Source: Alphaproteobacteria bacterium
GTDB lineage: Bacteria > Pseudomonadota > Alphaproteobacteria > UBA828
Direction: 5' to 3'
Length of the DNA: 64,000 bases
Assembly (NCBI GenBank): GCA_965214705.1
Contig: CBDCCI010000001.1
Location: 96,001 to 160,000 of the forward strand
The translations under genes were made by a program, and so were the position numbers. The notes beneath the pieces were generated by a model. That model did no database searches, had not been told where the DNA came from, and saw nothing but the letters and a program-made list of their open reading frames with translations. Below are positions 1 through 9,684 of this stretch, one piece after another; position 1 is the first letter of the stretch, and each line of letters begins with the position of its first letter.

Positions 1-15
1 CCGTCATCGAACCGC

Positions 16-438
16 TCATGTGACCGTCCAGGGATTGATTAGGTCAATGCCCATATCTTCGAAGTCCCGGACGTTCCGCGTTGCGATCGCCATGCTGTGC
101 GACCGCGCGATCGCTGCAATTTGACCGTCTGACTGAGAGATAGGGCGCCCGGCGGCGCGGCGGGCCGCCGCGATCTCCGCATAAGCGTGCGCCGCGGCGC
201 TGTCGAAGGGCAGGACCCGACCACCCATCAGCCGGTCGAACGTGCGCTTGGCCGCGTCGGCAAGAATGCGCTTCCGTCGTCCCTCGGGAAGAAACGCAAT
301 GCCGGTCAGCACCTCGGCCTTTGTCACCGCCGTCACGAACAGTGCACGCGCAGGCTGCTCGTCAAGCCACGCTAGAACGTCCGCTCGCGGTCGATCACGC
401 ATTAACTCCGAAACGATGGGGGTGTCCAAAACGATCAT
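16..438 (-). CDS. vapC: PIN-domain toxin, VapC/FitB family
   Basis: MIVLDT..SELMR N-terminus, AE, D(GQIAAIA) and TRNVRDF acidic PIN motifs; ATG at 438 directly downstream of the antitoxin. Confidence 0.9.
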   Translation of the reverse strand: MIVLDTPIVSELMRDRPRADVLAWLDEQPARALFVTAVTKAEVLTGIAFLPEGRRKRILADAAKRTFDRLMGGRVLPFDSAAAHAYAEIAAARRAAGRPISQSDGQIAAIARSHSMAIATRNVRDFEDMGIDLINPWTVT

Positions 439-445
439 TGTTAAA

Positions 446-691
446 TCACGAGAATTTGGGCGGCTCCCGCATAGGCTCGCGCGGCGGCAACTCAAGCTCT
501 ATGCCTCCGAGGGGCTTGAAGAGCTCGTGAATTGCCGTTCCCAAGCCCTTGGCTGGCGACGGCTCCCGGTCGACCGCCTCGGCCAAAATCAGACGTGCTT
601 CCTCTTCCATCGAGCGGCTGTTGCCGGCTGCCCGCATGCGCAGACGAGTCTTCACGCCATCATCCAGATTGCGAATTGTAATGCTCGCCAA
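446..691 (-). CDS. FitA-like ribbon-helix-helix antitoxin
   Basis: (M)ASITIRNLDDGVKTRLRMRAA..SRSMEEEAR is the FitA/StbC-like pattern; TTG start with GGAGG RBS. Confidence 0.85.
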   Translation of the reverse strand: MASITIRNLDDGVKTRLRMRAAGNSRSMEEEARLILAEAVDREPSPAKGLGTAIHELFKPLGGIELELPPREPMREPPKFS

Positions 692-717
692 GTTCAAACC
701 CTCCGATATGCATTTAG

Positions 718-746
718 ACGCTACACTATGATTGCAATGCAATCAA
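718..746 (-). promoter_or_regulatory. Putative sigma70 promoter with overlapping palindromic TA operator
   Basis: Minus strand TTGATT-N17-TAGCGT; perfect inverted repeat TGATTGCA-A-TGCAATCA at 729-745. Confidence 0.65.
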
Positions 747-876
747 GCTGGTTTGCTCCTCCTTGTCGTCCTTCTTGTAATCCAGCCGCTGACCCGCTTT
801 GGCTTCATACCATGCATGCTTTCGGCGCGATCCGATATAGTCCCGCACTGAAGGCAGGCGAGAGCGAGAGGCGGCG

Positions 877-2322
877 ATGGCGGCGGCGGGGCAGCGATAC
901 GACGTCCTTTTCACGGGCGGCACGGTGATCGACGGCACGGGCGCGCCGCGCGTGCGCGCCGATGTCGCCGTCGCGGGCGACCGCATCGCTGCCGTGGGGG
1001 ATCTGGCAGGCGCAAAGGCCGCACGCACCATCGATGCGACCGGGCGCATAGTCTCGCCGGGCTTCATCGACGCCCACACCCACGACGACAACCTGCTGCT
1101 GGTGGACCCGGACGTGACGCCCAAGACCAGCCAGGGCGTCACCACGGTGATTGCCGGCAACTGCGGGGTGAGCCTTGCGCCCCTTACACCCGGCCGACCG
1201 GTGCCGCCGCCGCTCGACCTGCTCGGCCCGCCCGCCGACTTCCGCTACCCGCGCTTCGCCGACTATGTGGCGGCGCTGGACGAGACCCCGCCGGCCGCCA
1301 ATGCGGGCCTGCTGGTCGGCCATTCGGCGCTCCGCCTCGACACCATGGACGACGTCGACCGCCCGGCCACGACCGGCGAGATCGACGCCATGCGCGAACG
1401 GCTGGCCGAAGGGATGGAGGCCGGGGCGCTCGGCTTCAGCACCGGGCTCATCTACGGCCCCAACAAGGCAGCGACCACCGACGAGGTCGCGGCTGTGGCC
1501 GAGGTCGCGGGCGCTGCCGGCGGCCTCTACGTTACCCACATGCGCAACGAGCACGACGGCGTCGAGGAGGCGATGGAGGAGGCCTTCGAGATCGGCCGCC
1601 GCGCTGGTGCCGGTGTCGTCATCTCCCACCACAAGTGCGCCGGGCGGCAGAATTTCGGGCGGAGCCGCGACACGCTCGCGCTGATCGAGAAGACCCGCGA
1701 GAGCCAGGCGGTCGGCCTCGACGTCTACCCCTACACCGCAGGCTCCACGGTGCTGCTGGCGGACATGGTGGAGAAAGCGGAGCGCGTAATCGTCACCTGG
1801 TCCGAGCCGCATCCGGAGTATGCGGGCCAGGACCTCGAAGAGGTGGCCGCCGCGCTCGGCCTCGATCCGGTGGCCGCCGTGCCGAAGCTGCAACCGGCGG
1901 GCGGTATCTACTTCATGATGGACGAGGCGGACGTCCGCCGCATCATCGCCTACGAGCACAGCATGATCGGCTCCGACGGCCTGCCCCACGACCGCCACCC
2001 GCACCCCAGGCTCTGGGGCACCTTCCCGCGCGTGCTCGGCCACTACGCACGCGAGCTCGGCCTGCTCGCTCTGGAGGATGCGGTGCGCCGCATGACCGGG
2101 CTCACCGCCGCCCAGTTCGGCCTCACCGATCGCGGCGAGGTGCGCGCCGGCGCGTTTGCCGATCTCGTGATGTTTGACGCGGAGACCATCGCGGACCGGG
2201 CGACCTTCGAGGCGCCGACCCGGCCCGCCGCCGGCATCGACATCGTCATGGTGAACGGCACCATCGTGCGCGAGGCGGGCCAGACCACCGGCGAGCGGCC
2301 AGGCCGGGCATTGCGGCGGTAG
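877..2322 (+). CDS. N-acyl-D-amino-acid deacylase (D-aminoacylase, amidohydrolase family)
   Basis: PGFIDAHTHDD, GVTTVIAGNCG, THMRNE, SHHK, IGSDG, HPHPRLWGTFPRVLG motifs. Confidence 0.9.
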   Translation: MAAAGQRYDVLFTGGTVIDGTGAPRVRADVAVAGDRIAAVGDLAGAKAARTIDATGRIVSPGFIDAHTHDDNLLLVDPDVTPKTSQGVTTVIAGNCGVSLAPLTPGRPVPPPLDLLGPPADFRYPRFADYVAALDETPPAANAGLLVGHSALRLDTMDDVDRPATTGEIDAMRERLAEGMEAGALGFSTGLIYGPNKAATTDEVAAVAEVAGAAGGLYVTHMRNEHDGVEEAMEEAFEIGRRAGAGVVISHHKCAGRQNFGRSRDTLALIEKTRESQAVGLDVYPYTAGSTVLLADMVEKAERVIVTWSEPHPEYAGQDLEEVAAALGLDPVAAVPKLQPAGGIYFMMDEADVRRIIAYEHSMIGSDGLPHDRHPHPRLWGTFPRVLGHYARELGLLALEDAVRRMTGLTAAQFGLTDRGEVRAGAFADLVMFDAETIADRATFEAPTRPAAGIDIVMVNGTIVREAGQTTGERPGRALRR

Positions 2323-2342
2323 GTGGCGCCTGCGCCGGGCGT

Positions 2343-2921
2343 TTAGATTGCGTGGCGGCCAAGCCGGTCGCGTAGCTCCTTAACGTTCCGCTTCACGCCC
2401 TGCATGTGGGGGTTGTGGATCAGCGCCTGCTCGAACGCGTCGAGCGCCTCCTCCTCGTTGCCGAGCCTGAGCTGGCAAAGACCCAAACCAGAGAGAGCGC
2501 CGAAGTGGCGCGGCTCGCGCTTGAGAGTCTCAGCGATGTCGGCGATCGAGCCCTCGTAGTCGCCTATCAGGTAGCGCAGCGTCGCGCGGCGGTTCCAGCC
2601 TTCGGAAAGGTCGGGCCGGAGTTCGATGACTCCGTTAAGGATTGCGTACGACCGATTGTACTGGCCCGTGGAGAGCGCGATATCACCGGCACGAAGCATG
2701 CGATCCATCTTTTCGGAGCCGGTGTCGAACCAGCGCGCCCAGATCTGCGCCTCGATCTGGCGGACCAGCTGCGGGCTCTGTGCGGCCTTGAGGTCGCGGA
2801 AGAGGCCGTCCAGCGCTGGGTCGTTCTGATCCGCCAAGGCAGTCCCCGTAGCGCCGAGCGCCAGCAGCAGCGCGAGTGCCAGCGCAGGCAGGCATCGCAG
2901 GCAGCGTCTCCAGGGCACCAT
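2343..2921 (-). CDS. Exported tetratricopeptide-repeat protein
   Basis: Signal peptide ending ALA-DQ; TPR pattern EGWNRRATLRYLIGDYEGSIADI..EPRHFGALSGLG. Confidence 0.8.
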   Translation of the reverse strand: MVPWRRCLRCLPALALALLLALGATGTALADQNDPALDGLFRDLKAAQSPQLVRQIEAQIWARWFDTGSEKMDRMLRAGDIALSTGQYNRSYAILNGVIELRPDLSEGWNRRATLRYLIGDYEGSIADIAETLKREPRHFGALSGLGLCQLRLGNEEEALDAFEQALIHNPHMQGVKRNVKELRDRLGRHAI

Positions 2922-2986
2922 GCGCCAGCGTAAACCCGCAGCGCCTGACGCGCCAAGCAACTTATCGTTATTCGCTCCAATCCAGG

Positions 2987-4189
2987 CTACGCCGCACCGA
3001 CCTCCTGCCGCACCAGCGGCCGGTCGCGGATCGGCCAGTGTAGCACCGCCGCCGCCACGCCCAACGCCACCGCAGCCATCCACACCGCGTCGTAGGAGCC
3101 GGTCGTGTCGTACACGTAGCCGCCGAGCCAGGCGCCGAGGAAGGAGCCGAGCTGGTGGCTGAAGAACACGATGCCGAAGAGCGCGCCCAGGTAGCGGGGT
3201 CCGAAGATTTGAGCGACAAGGCCGCTGGTGAGCGGCACGGTGCCAAGCCAGAGCAGGCCCATCAGCGCGGAGAACACGAGAACGCTCGCCTCGGTTACCG
3301 GCGCCACGAGGAAGATTCCGAGGACCGCCGCGCGGCCAAGGTAGAAAAGCGAGAGCACGTACTTCTTGCGGTGCCGGTCGCCGAGCCAGCCGGCGGCGAA
3401 GGTGCCGACGATGTTACCGAGCCCGATCACCGCGATCGCCGTTGCTCCCACCATCGGCGCAAGCCCCGCGTCGGTGATGAAGGGCGGCAGGTGGGTCGCG
3501 ATGAAGTATACGTGGAAGCCGCAGACGAAGAAGCCGCCGCAGAGCAGCCAGAAGCCGCTGTGGGCGCGGGCCTCGGCAAGCGCTTCGCTCAGCGTCTGGG
3601 CGCTGCCCTCGGGCGGCCTGTGGCTGCCGCGCATGCCCACGAGACACGGCACCATCATCGCCGCGATCCCGCAGTAGGCAATCAGCGCCATGGACCAGCC
3701 GACGCCGTCGATCAAGGCGCCGCCGACCGGGGCTAGTGCGAACTGTCCGAAGGAGCCGCCGGCTGCCGCGATGCCGAGCGCCATGCTGCGCCGCTCCGGC
3801 GGCACGGCGCGCCCCACCGGGCCAAGCACCACCGCGAACCCGGTGGCGCTGATGCCGAGGGCGACGAGCACGCCCTGGCTCAGGTGCAGCCCAAGCGCGC
3901 CGTCGGCCCAGGCCATCCACAGCAGGCCTGCGACGTAGATCACGGTCCCGAGCAGGACGACCGGCACCGCCCCGTGGCGGTCGGCGAGCGCGCCGAAGAT
4001 GGGCTGGCTGATGCCCCAGACGAGGCCCTGGATCGCGATAGCCATCGCAAAGGTCTCGCGGGAAATGCCGATGTCGAGGCTCATCGGCGTGAGGAAGAGA
4101 CCGAAGCTGCTGCGGAGCCCGTTGCTGATGGTCAGCACCAGGGCCGCGCAGAGGACGAGCGCGACTACGCCTGCGGTGGGCCTGCTCAT
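2987..4189 (-). CDS. MFS transporter
   Basis: About 12 hydrophobic segments; GALADRHG and GWLGDRHRKK motif-A loops. Confidence 0.9.
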   Translation of the reverse strand: MSRPTAGVVALVLCAALVLTISNGLRSSFGLFLTPMSLDIGISRETFAMAIAIQGLVWGISQPIFGALADRHGAVPVVLLGTVIYVAGLLWMAWADGALGLHLSQGVLVALGISATGFAVVLGPVGRAVPPERRSMALGIAAAGGSFGQFALAPVGGALIDGVGWSMALIAYCGIAAMMVPCLVGMRGSHRPPEGSAQTLSEALAEARAHSGFWLLCGGFFVCGFHVYFIATHLPPFITDAGLAPMVGATAIAVIGLGNIVGTFAAGWLGDRHRKKYVLSLFYLGRAAVLGIFLVAPVTEASVLVFSALMGLLWLGTVPLTSGLVAQIFGPRYLGALFGIVFFSHQLGSFLGAWLGGYVYDTTGSYDAVWMAAVALGVAAAVLHWPIRDRPLVRQEVGAA

Positions 4190-4243
4190 GTGCGAGCCCT
4201 GCCGGCCGATCGGGCCAAGCCGCGAATCAACACCATCGCTGAC

Positions 4244-5593
4244 TCAGCCGTGGCGCGCGAGCGCGCGTTCCAGGATCGCGACGGCGCGGTCGATCTGCGT
4301 CTCGCTGGTGCAGAAGGGCGGCACGAAGCGGAGCACGTTGCGATGCTGGCCGCGTACCGAGAACAGCAGCCCCTCGCCCAGGCTTTCGCGGTAAATCTCC
4401 TGTGCCTCTTCGCTCGCGGGCTCCTTGGTTGCGCGGTCGCGCACCAGCTCCACGCCCTGCAGGCAGCCCTTGCCGCGCACGTCTCCGATCATGGGGAAGC
4501 GCTGCTGCAGGCTTTCCATGCGCGCCTGCCAGTAGGTGCCGATGGCCCGCGCCTTGGCGGGCAGATCCTCGATCAGGATTTCGTCCAGGCTGGCGAGGCC
4601 CGCCGTGCAGGCGATGGGATCGGAAGAATGCGAGTGGCCGAAGGTGAGCCCGCCCGCAAGCGCGCGCTCGGCGATCGCGTCCGTCGTCACCATGGCGCTG
4701 ATGGGGAGGCCGCCGCCGAAGTGCTTTGACAGCGTCATGATGTCCGGCACCACGCCGTGCTGCTGGTAGGCGTAGAGGGTGCCGAGCTTTCCGAGCCCGG
4801 TCTGCGCCTCGTCCAGGATCAACAGCGCACCGCGCGCCTCCAGCCCCGCCTTCAGCGCCTCGAGGTAGCCGGGCGGCATCTCGATCACCCCGCCCGCGCT
4901 GATCAGCGGCTCGGCGATGACGGCCGCGAGATTGTTCGGGCATTCGCGGTCGAGCAGGTCGAAGGCGATGGCGAGCAGCGGCGCCCACCAGTCATCGCCG
5001 TCGGCGCCCACCGGTGAGCGGTAGGCGTAAGGCGCGGGAATCGCATGCACGTCCGGGATGGAGGGGCCGTTGCCGGCGGTGGTCGCAGCGAAGCTGATGG
5101 CGCGGGTGACGTCGGTGTAGCCGTGGAAGGCCAGATGCAGCGCGCCGACGCCGCTGCGCCCGGTCGCACGCCGGGCGAAGAGCACCGCCGCCTCGTTGGA
5201 ATCGGCGCCGGACTGGATGAAGAGCGAGCGGCTGAGCGGCGCATCGAAGGTCTCGGCAAGCCGGGCGGCAAGCCGCAATTGCGGCTCGTTGAAATAGACA
5301 GAGCTCGCGTGGGTCAGCGTGCCCAGACCCTCCCGCACCGCCTGGGTCACGCGCGGGTTGTTGTGGCCGATCGCGGAGCACATCTGGCCCGAGTTGAAGT
5401 CGAGATAAGCTTGGCCCTCGGAATCGAAGATCTCCGCACCGTCAGCGCGGACGAAGACCGGCCCGTCCGCCGCCGGAACCACGTCCGAGAGCAGCTCGCC
5501 CTGGATCAGATGACGCGCGCCGGCAGCGCGCAGCGCCGCGATGTCCACCGTTGCCTCCCTTGCGGAATCGTCGGGCGCGATCCTAGCTTGCAA
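4244..5593 (-). CDS. Class-III PLP aminotransferase, 2,2-dialkylglycine decarboxylase-like
   Basis: DFNSGQMCSAIGH, EPLISAGG, LILDEAQTGLGK, PLP lysine in TLSKHFGGG; start position uncertain. Confidence 0.8.
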   Translation of the reverse strand: MQARIAPDDSAREATVDIAALRAAGARHLIQGELLSDVVPAADGPVFVRADGAEIFDSEGQAYLDFNSGQMCSAIGHNNPRVTQAVREGLGTLTHASSVYFNEPQLRLAARLAETFDAPLSRSLFIQSGADSNEAAVLFARRATGRSGVGALHLAFHGYTDVTRAISFAATTAGNGPSIPDVHAIPAPYAYRSPVGADGDDWWAPLLAIAFDLLDRECPNNLAAVIAEPLISAGGVIEMPPGYLEALKAGLEARGALLILDEAQTGLGKLGTLYAYQQHGVVPDIMTLSKHFGGGLPISAMVTTDAIAERALAGGLTFGHSHSSDPIACTAGLASLDEILIEDLPAKARAIGTYWQARMESLQQRFPMIGDVRGKGCLQGVELVRDRATKEPASEEAQEIYRESLGEGLLFSVRGQHRNVLRFVPPFCTSETQIDRAVAILERALARHG

Positions 5594-5605
5594 GCCCTAC
5601 CTGGG

Positions 5606-6364
5606 TCACGTCGGCGAGCGCTCGGCCCAGCCAGCGAAGATGCGCTCCAGCACCACGACAACGTAGAAGAGCAGAATGCCAAGGGCCGCGAGCGCAATGA
5701 GCACGGCAAACATCAGGGGATAGTCCGCGCTTATCTTGCCGCTGTCGAATAGATGGCCGAGGCCGCGTCCATGCGGTTCCACGATCTCCATCAGGTTCGT
5801 GCCGATGAAGGCGAGCGTGACCGCAACCTTGAGGGCCCCGAAGAACTCCGGGAGCGTCTTGGGAAGCGCAATCTTCCAGAAGATCGTGAATCGGGACGCG
5901 CCGAGCGCGGCGAGGATGTCACGGTATTCCGGCTCGAGAGTGGAAAGCCCGATCGAGACGGAAACGGCGATGGGAAAGAAGGAAATCAGGAACGCGATCA
6001 GGATCGTGTTCATGTCGTGCGCGCCGACGAACAGCAGCGCGATGATGGGGACGACGGTCGCCTTGGGTATGGCGTTGAAGCCGACGAGCAGCGGGTAAAG
6101 CGCATCCCGCATGGTCCGGTTCAACCCCATGATCATGCCGAGTAGCACGCCGACGGCCACGGACAGAAGGAGCCCCGCCACGGTTCGCCACAGCGTGTCC
6201 CATCCGTACTCGAGGAAGAGCCAGCGGAACTTCCAGAAGGCAGGTCCAAGATCCGAGGGTGAAGCCATCTTGTAGTTGGGCCAGTCGTTCACCCAAACCA
6301 CGGCCTCCCAGAGCAGGGCGAACACGATGATCGCGATAACCGGCGCAAAAAGGCGCCAGTTCAT
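5606..6364 (-). CDS. NitT/TauT-type ABC transporter permease
   Basis: Hydrophobic; ALGASRFTIFWKIALP EAA-like loop; start overlaps the ATPase stop. Confidence 0.85.
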   Translation of the reverse strand: MNWRLFAPVIAIIVFALLWEAVVWVNDWPNYKMASPSDLGPAFWKFRWLFLEYGWDTLWRTVAGLLLSVAVGVLLGMIMGLNRTMRDALYPLLVGFNAIPKATVVPIIALLFVGAHDMNTILIAFLISFFPIAVSVSIGLSTLEPEYRDILAALGASRFTIFWKIALPKTLPEFFGALKVAVTLAFIGTNLMEIVEPHGRGLGHLFDSGKISADYPLMFAVLIALAALGILLFYVVVVLERIFAGWAERSPT

Positions 6365-7230
6365 TCGCCCTCCTCCCGTGGGGCTCTGCCCTGCGCGATC
6401 TGTATCTGGTCCCGAAGTTCTCCCAGCATTTCTGTCCCCTCCGGGGTGTAGAGGAGGCCGAGATCCCGTTCGCCCTTCCACGGGACATCCATCGTGTATT
6501 GCGTGAATGCTGGACGGCCTGAAAGCACGATCACCTGATCCGCCAGAAAGATCGATTCCCGTAGATCGTGCGTGATCATGACGCCGGTGAACGGCTCCTC
6601 CGACTTCACCTTCTGCATCGTCTGCCAGAGGTCTTCGCGCGTGAACGCATCCAGCGCCCCGAACGGCTCATCGAGGATCAGCACTTCCGGCTTGTGCACG
6701 ATTGAACGGCACAGCGAGGCGCGCTGGCGCATGCCGCCCGAAAGCTCACTCGGTCGCTTGCGCTCAAATCCCTCGAGGCCGACGAGGGTCAGAAGCTCCA
6801 GCGCGCGCGCCTCTTTCTCCCGCTTGGGCATGCGCGGGGCCACGAGCTCAAGCGGCAGCGTCACGTTCCGCAGTACGGAACGCCATTCAAGCAGGACAGG
6901 GTTCTGGAACGCCATGCCGACCGAGGACTTCGGGCCCGTGACCCGCTCCCCGTGCAGCCAGACTTCGCCCGCATTCGGCTCCAGCAAACCGGCGATCAGG
7001 CGCGTGAGTGTTGACTTGCCGCAACCGGACGGGCCGACCACGGCCACGAAGCCTCCCTCGGGAACCTGCATGTCGACGCCGTCGAGGACGGGCAGCCGTC
7101 CGTCCTTCGTCTCATAGGTAAGCTTGACGTCTCTTATGTCGATCAGGGCATCCGTGGGAGGCTGCCCGCCGACAGGCCGACCTTCCTCTGACCCCTGCGT
7201 TTGGCCGCCGGCCGGAGAGGTTTTATTCAC
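6361..7230 (-). CDS. NitT/TauT-type ABC transporter ATP-binding protein
   Basis: GPSGCGKS Walker A, LSGGMRQR signature, LILDEPFGALD. Confidence 0.9.
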   Translation of the reverse strand: MNKTSPAGGQTQGSEEGRPVGGQPPTDALIDIRDVKLTYETKDGRLPVLDGVDMQVPEGGFVAVVGPSGCGKSTLTRLIAGLLEPNAGEVWLHGERVTGPKSSVGMAFQNPVLLEWRSVLRNVTLPLELVAPRMPKREKEARALELLTLVGLEGFERKRPSELSGGMRQRASLCRSIVHKPEVLILDEPFGALDAFTREDLWQTMQKVKSEEPFTGVMITHDLRESIFLADQVIVLSGRPAFTQYTMDVPWKGERDLGLLYTPEGTEMLGELRDQIQIAQGRAPREEGE

Positions 7231-7280
7231 CGAAACCGACTCCCCGGCCGGCGTATGTAGAAAACTCTGCCGCGGTCAGA

Positions 7281-8291
7281 CTACTGGAGCATTCTCATTT
7301 CAGCCGCGGGCAGATAGGCATCCGTGAAATAGAGCGAAGCGTCCGGCTCGTTCTGGAACTCGTACGTCTCCGCGATCTGCATCAGCGCCTTCTCCATGCG
7401 CACAGCATCGATGCCGCCGATTCCGTTGGCGCTCGTGTAGTCCGTCAGCACGTTGGCGTCGATGGAAAGCTGAAGCCGACGAGTCTCGAGCGCCGCATCG
7501 GCGGCGGGGTTCCGCTCGATCAGCGACTCGATGGCCTTGGCCGGATTGGCGATGGCATCCTTCCACCCTTTCGCCACCGCGGTGATGAACCCCGTGACGT
7601 TGTCGGCGTTGTCGGCCGCATAATCGGTGTTCACAATGACCGCGTTGCCGTAGAGCGCGAGACCGTAATCCGCCATCAGGATGGTCGAAATGTCGTCCTC
7701 CGGCACGCCGAGGCGGACGAGATTCAGGAAGGACGAGAAGGAATAGCCTGTCACGGCATCCACGTTGCCTTCTGCAAGCATCGGCTCGCGGGTCGGGAAG
7801 CCGACGGGCTCGACGGTGATTTTGCCCATATCGAGGTCGTTGGCGGTGGCAAAGGCCGGGAATTGGGCCCAGGCACCATCCGGCGGAGGTGCTCCAAGCA
7901 CCCGTCCCTCGAGATCCTTCGGTACGCTGACGCCGAGGCTCTTGCGACCGACGACGGCGAACGGCGGCTTGTCATAGATCATCATGACCGCGATGACCGG
8001 TGCACCGGGATTCTGGTCCAGGAACTTGACCAGAGAGTTGATGTCCGCGAAGCCGACCGGGAAGGCACCGGTGGCGACCTTGGGAATGGCATCCAGTGAG
8101 CCCTGGCCGGCGGAAATCTCGACGTTGAGGCCAGCGGCTTCAAAATGGCCATTGTCGATGGCCGCGAAATACGGCCCAGAGGGACCTTCGAACTTCCAGT
8201 CAAGCGCGAAGGGCATGTCCTCCTGGGCGCTAACAGGCCCTGCCACAGCCAGGGTGGCGGCGGCCAGAATTGCGAGAGCAAATTTTCTCAT
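7281..8291 (-). CDS. NMT1/THI5-like ABC substrate-binding protein
   Basis: Signal peptide MRKFALAILAAA; LDWKFEG..GHFEAAGLNV pattern; AGGAGG RBS. Confidence 0.85.
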   Translation of the reverse strand: MRKFALAILAAATLAVAGPVSAQEDMPFALDWKFEGPSGPYFAAIDNGHFEAAGLNVEISAGQGSLDAIPKVATGAFPVGFADINSLVKFLDQNPGAPVIAVMMIYDKPPFAVVGRKSLGVSVPKDLEGRVLGAPPPDGAWAQFPAFATANDLDMGKITVEPVGFPTREPMLAEGNVDAVTGYSFSSFLNLVRLGVPEDDISTILMADYGLALYGNAVIVNTDYAADNADNVTGFITAVAKGWKDAIANPAKAIESLIERNPAADAALETRRLQLSIDANVLTDYTSANGIGGIDAVRMEKALMQIAETYEFQNEPDASLYFTDAYLPAAEMRMLQ

Positions 8292-8468
8292 GGAATACGA
8301 CCTCCTCCTTTTCGGATTGCTTGGCACCCTACTGGAATCCAATGCCGCCGAAAACCAGGGACGGCTTTCTGCAACGGGCGGAGGCACGGCTTTGGCCGCA
8401 GCATCCTGAACGGAGTGGGCGCTCGCCGCGGGCCGTAGCCCGTACCATGGTCCGGAGTGCCGATAGGT

Positions 8469-9011
8469 TCAGCCCCGGACGGGAAGCGCCACGACAGGCG
8501 GCACGCGGAGACACGTGCGTTTACCCACGCCGGCAAGGATCGTCAGCAAGTCGCCCGCTGCCACGGCAACGCAGCCTGCGGTGGGCGCGTAGTCCGGCTG
8601 GGCGACGTGCAGGAATACCGCACTACCGAGCCCCGGAACCACGGGCGCATCGTTGTGGCCGAGGATGACGATCAGGTCGTACACATGATCCGCCCGCCAG
8701 AGCTCCTCATGGCGGGCCTCGTGCGGCTGGCGCAGCGGCCGGTTGTAGAGTGGGTGGCCGGGGTCGTCGCACCAGCCGTCCCGCGGGCTCAACGGCGTGA
8801 TGGGGAGCGCTGTGCGCGGCGGCGCCATGCGGTCGGGTCGATAGAAGACCCGGCGGAGGGGAAAACGGCCGGCGGGGGTCGCGCCGTCGCCCTCGCGCTT
8901 GTTCGAGCGAACCCCGCCCCAGCCGATAGCGCAGGCGAACTGGCGCCCGCGCCAGCGGAGACCGTTCGGCGGATAGACGACAAGATCGTCGTTGGGCGCG
9001 CGGCTGCTCAC
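8469..9011 (-). CDS. L,D-transpeptidase (YkuD-like) family protein
   Basis: [31 protein letters not shown] His/Cys motif; GTG start overlaps the rnhB stop. Confidence 0.8.
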   Translation of the reverse strand: MSSRAPNDDLVVYPPNGLRWRGRQFACAIGWGGVRSNKREGDGATPAGRFPLRRVFYRPDRMAPPRTALPITPLSPRDGWCDDPGHPLYNRPLRQPHEARHEELWRADHVYDLIVILGHNDAPVVPGLGSAVFLHVAQPDYAPTAGCVAVAAGDLLTILAGVGKRTCLRVPPVVALPVRG

Positions 9012-9646
9012 GGTGCGGTTTCCAGGAGTTCGCGGATCGGACGAAAGGAGCGCCGATGGTGCTTGCAAGGCCCCAGCCGCGCGAGCGCCGCCTGGTGCTC
9101 GGCAGTGCCGTAGCCGGCGTTCCGCTCCCAGCCGTAGCCCGGATAGTCCGCCGCGAGGCGCGCCATCAGCCGGTCTCTCGTCACCTTGGCGACGATGGAG
9201 GCCGCTGCGATCGAGAGACTCTTGCGGTCACCGCCCACCACCGTCCTCACCGAGCAAGGCAGATGCGGCGCGCGGTTGCCGTCCACCAGCGCCAGATCGG
9301 GGGCATCGACGAGGCGGGCGACGGCACGGCGCATGGCGAGCAGCGTGGCCTGGAGGATGTTCATGCTATCGACCTCGGCGACCGAAGCGACCCCGACGGC
9401 GGCATCGGCGCAGGCCAGAATCGCCGGCTGCAGCGCTGCGCGCCGCTCCGCCGAGAGCAGCTTGGAATCGGTGATTGCAACCCGAAGCTTCGGCGGCGGG
9501 TCACCCCCTCGGAACACCACCGCCGCCGCGACCACCGGCCCGGCCCACGGGCCGCGGCCGGCCTCGTCGATGCCGGCCACGCGCCCGCCGGCTGCTTGTT
9601 CCAGCGAAAAATCAGGCTGCTCCTGCTGCTTGCGCCTCACTGCCAT
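9008..9646 (-). CDS. rnhB: Ribonuclease HII
   Basis: [48 protein letters not shown]. Confidence 0.95.
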   Translation of the reverse strand: MAVRRKQQEQPDFSLEQAAGGRVAGIDEAGRGPWAGPVVAAAVVFRGGDPPPKLRVAITDSKLLSAERRAALQPAILACADAAVGVASVAEVDSMNILQATLLAMRRAVARLVDAPDLALVDGNRAPHLPCSVRTVVGGDRKSLSIAAASIVAKVTRDRLMARLAADYPGYGWERNAGYGTAEHQAALARLGPCKHHRRSFRPIRELLETAP

Positions 9647-9684
9647 GAAGCCGTTCTAGCACGCCTGGCGTGCGCGCCGGCGGC

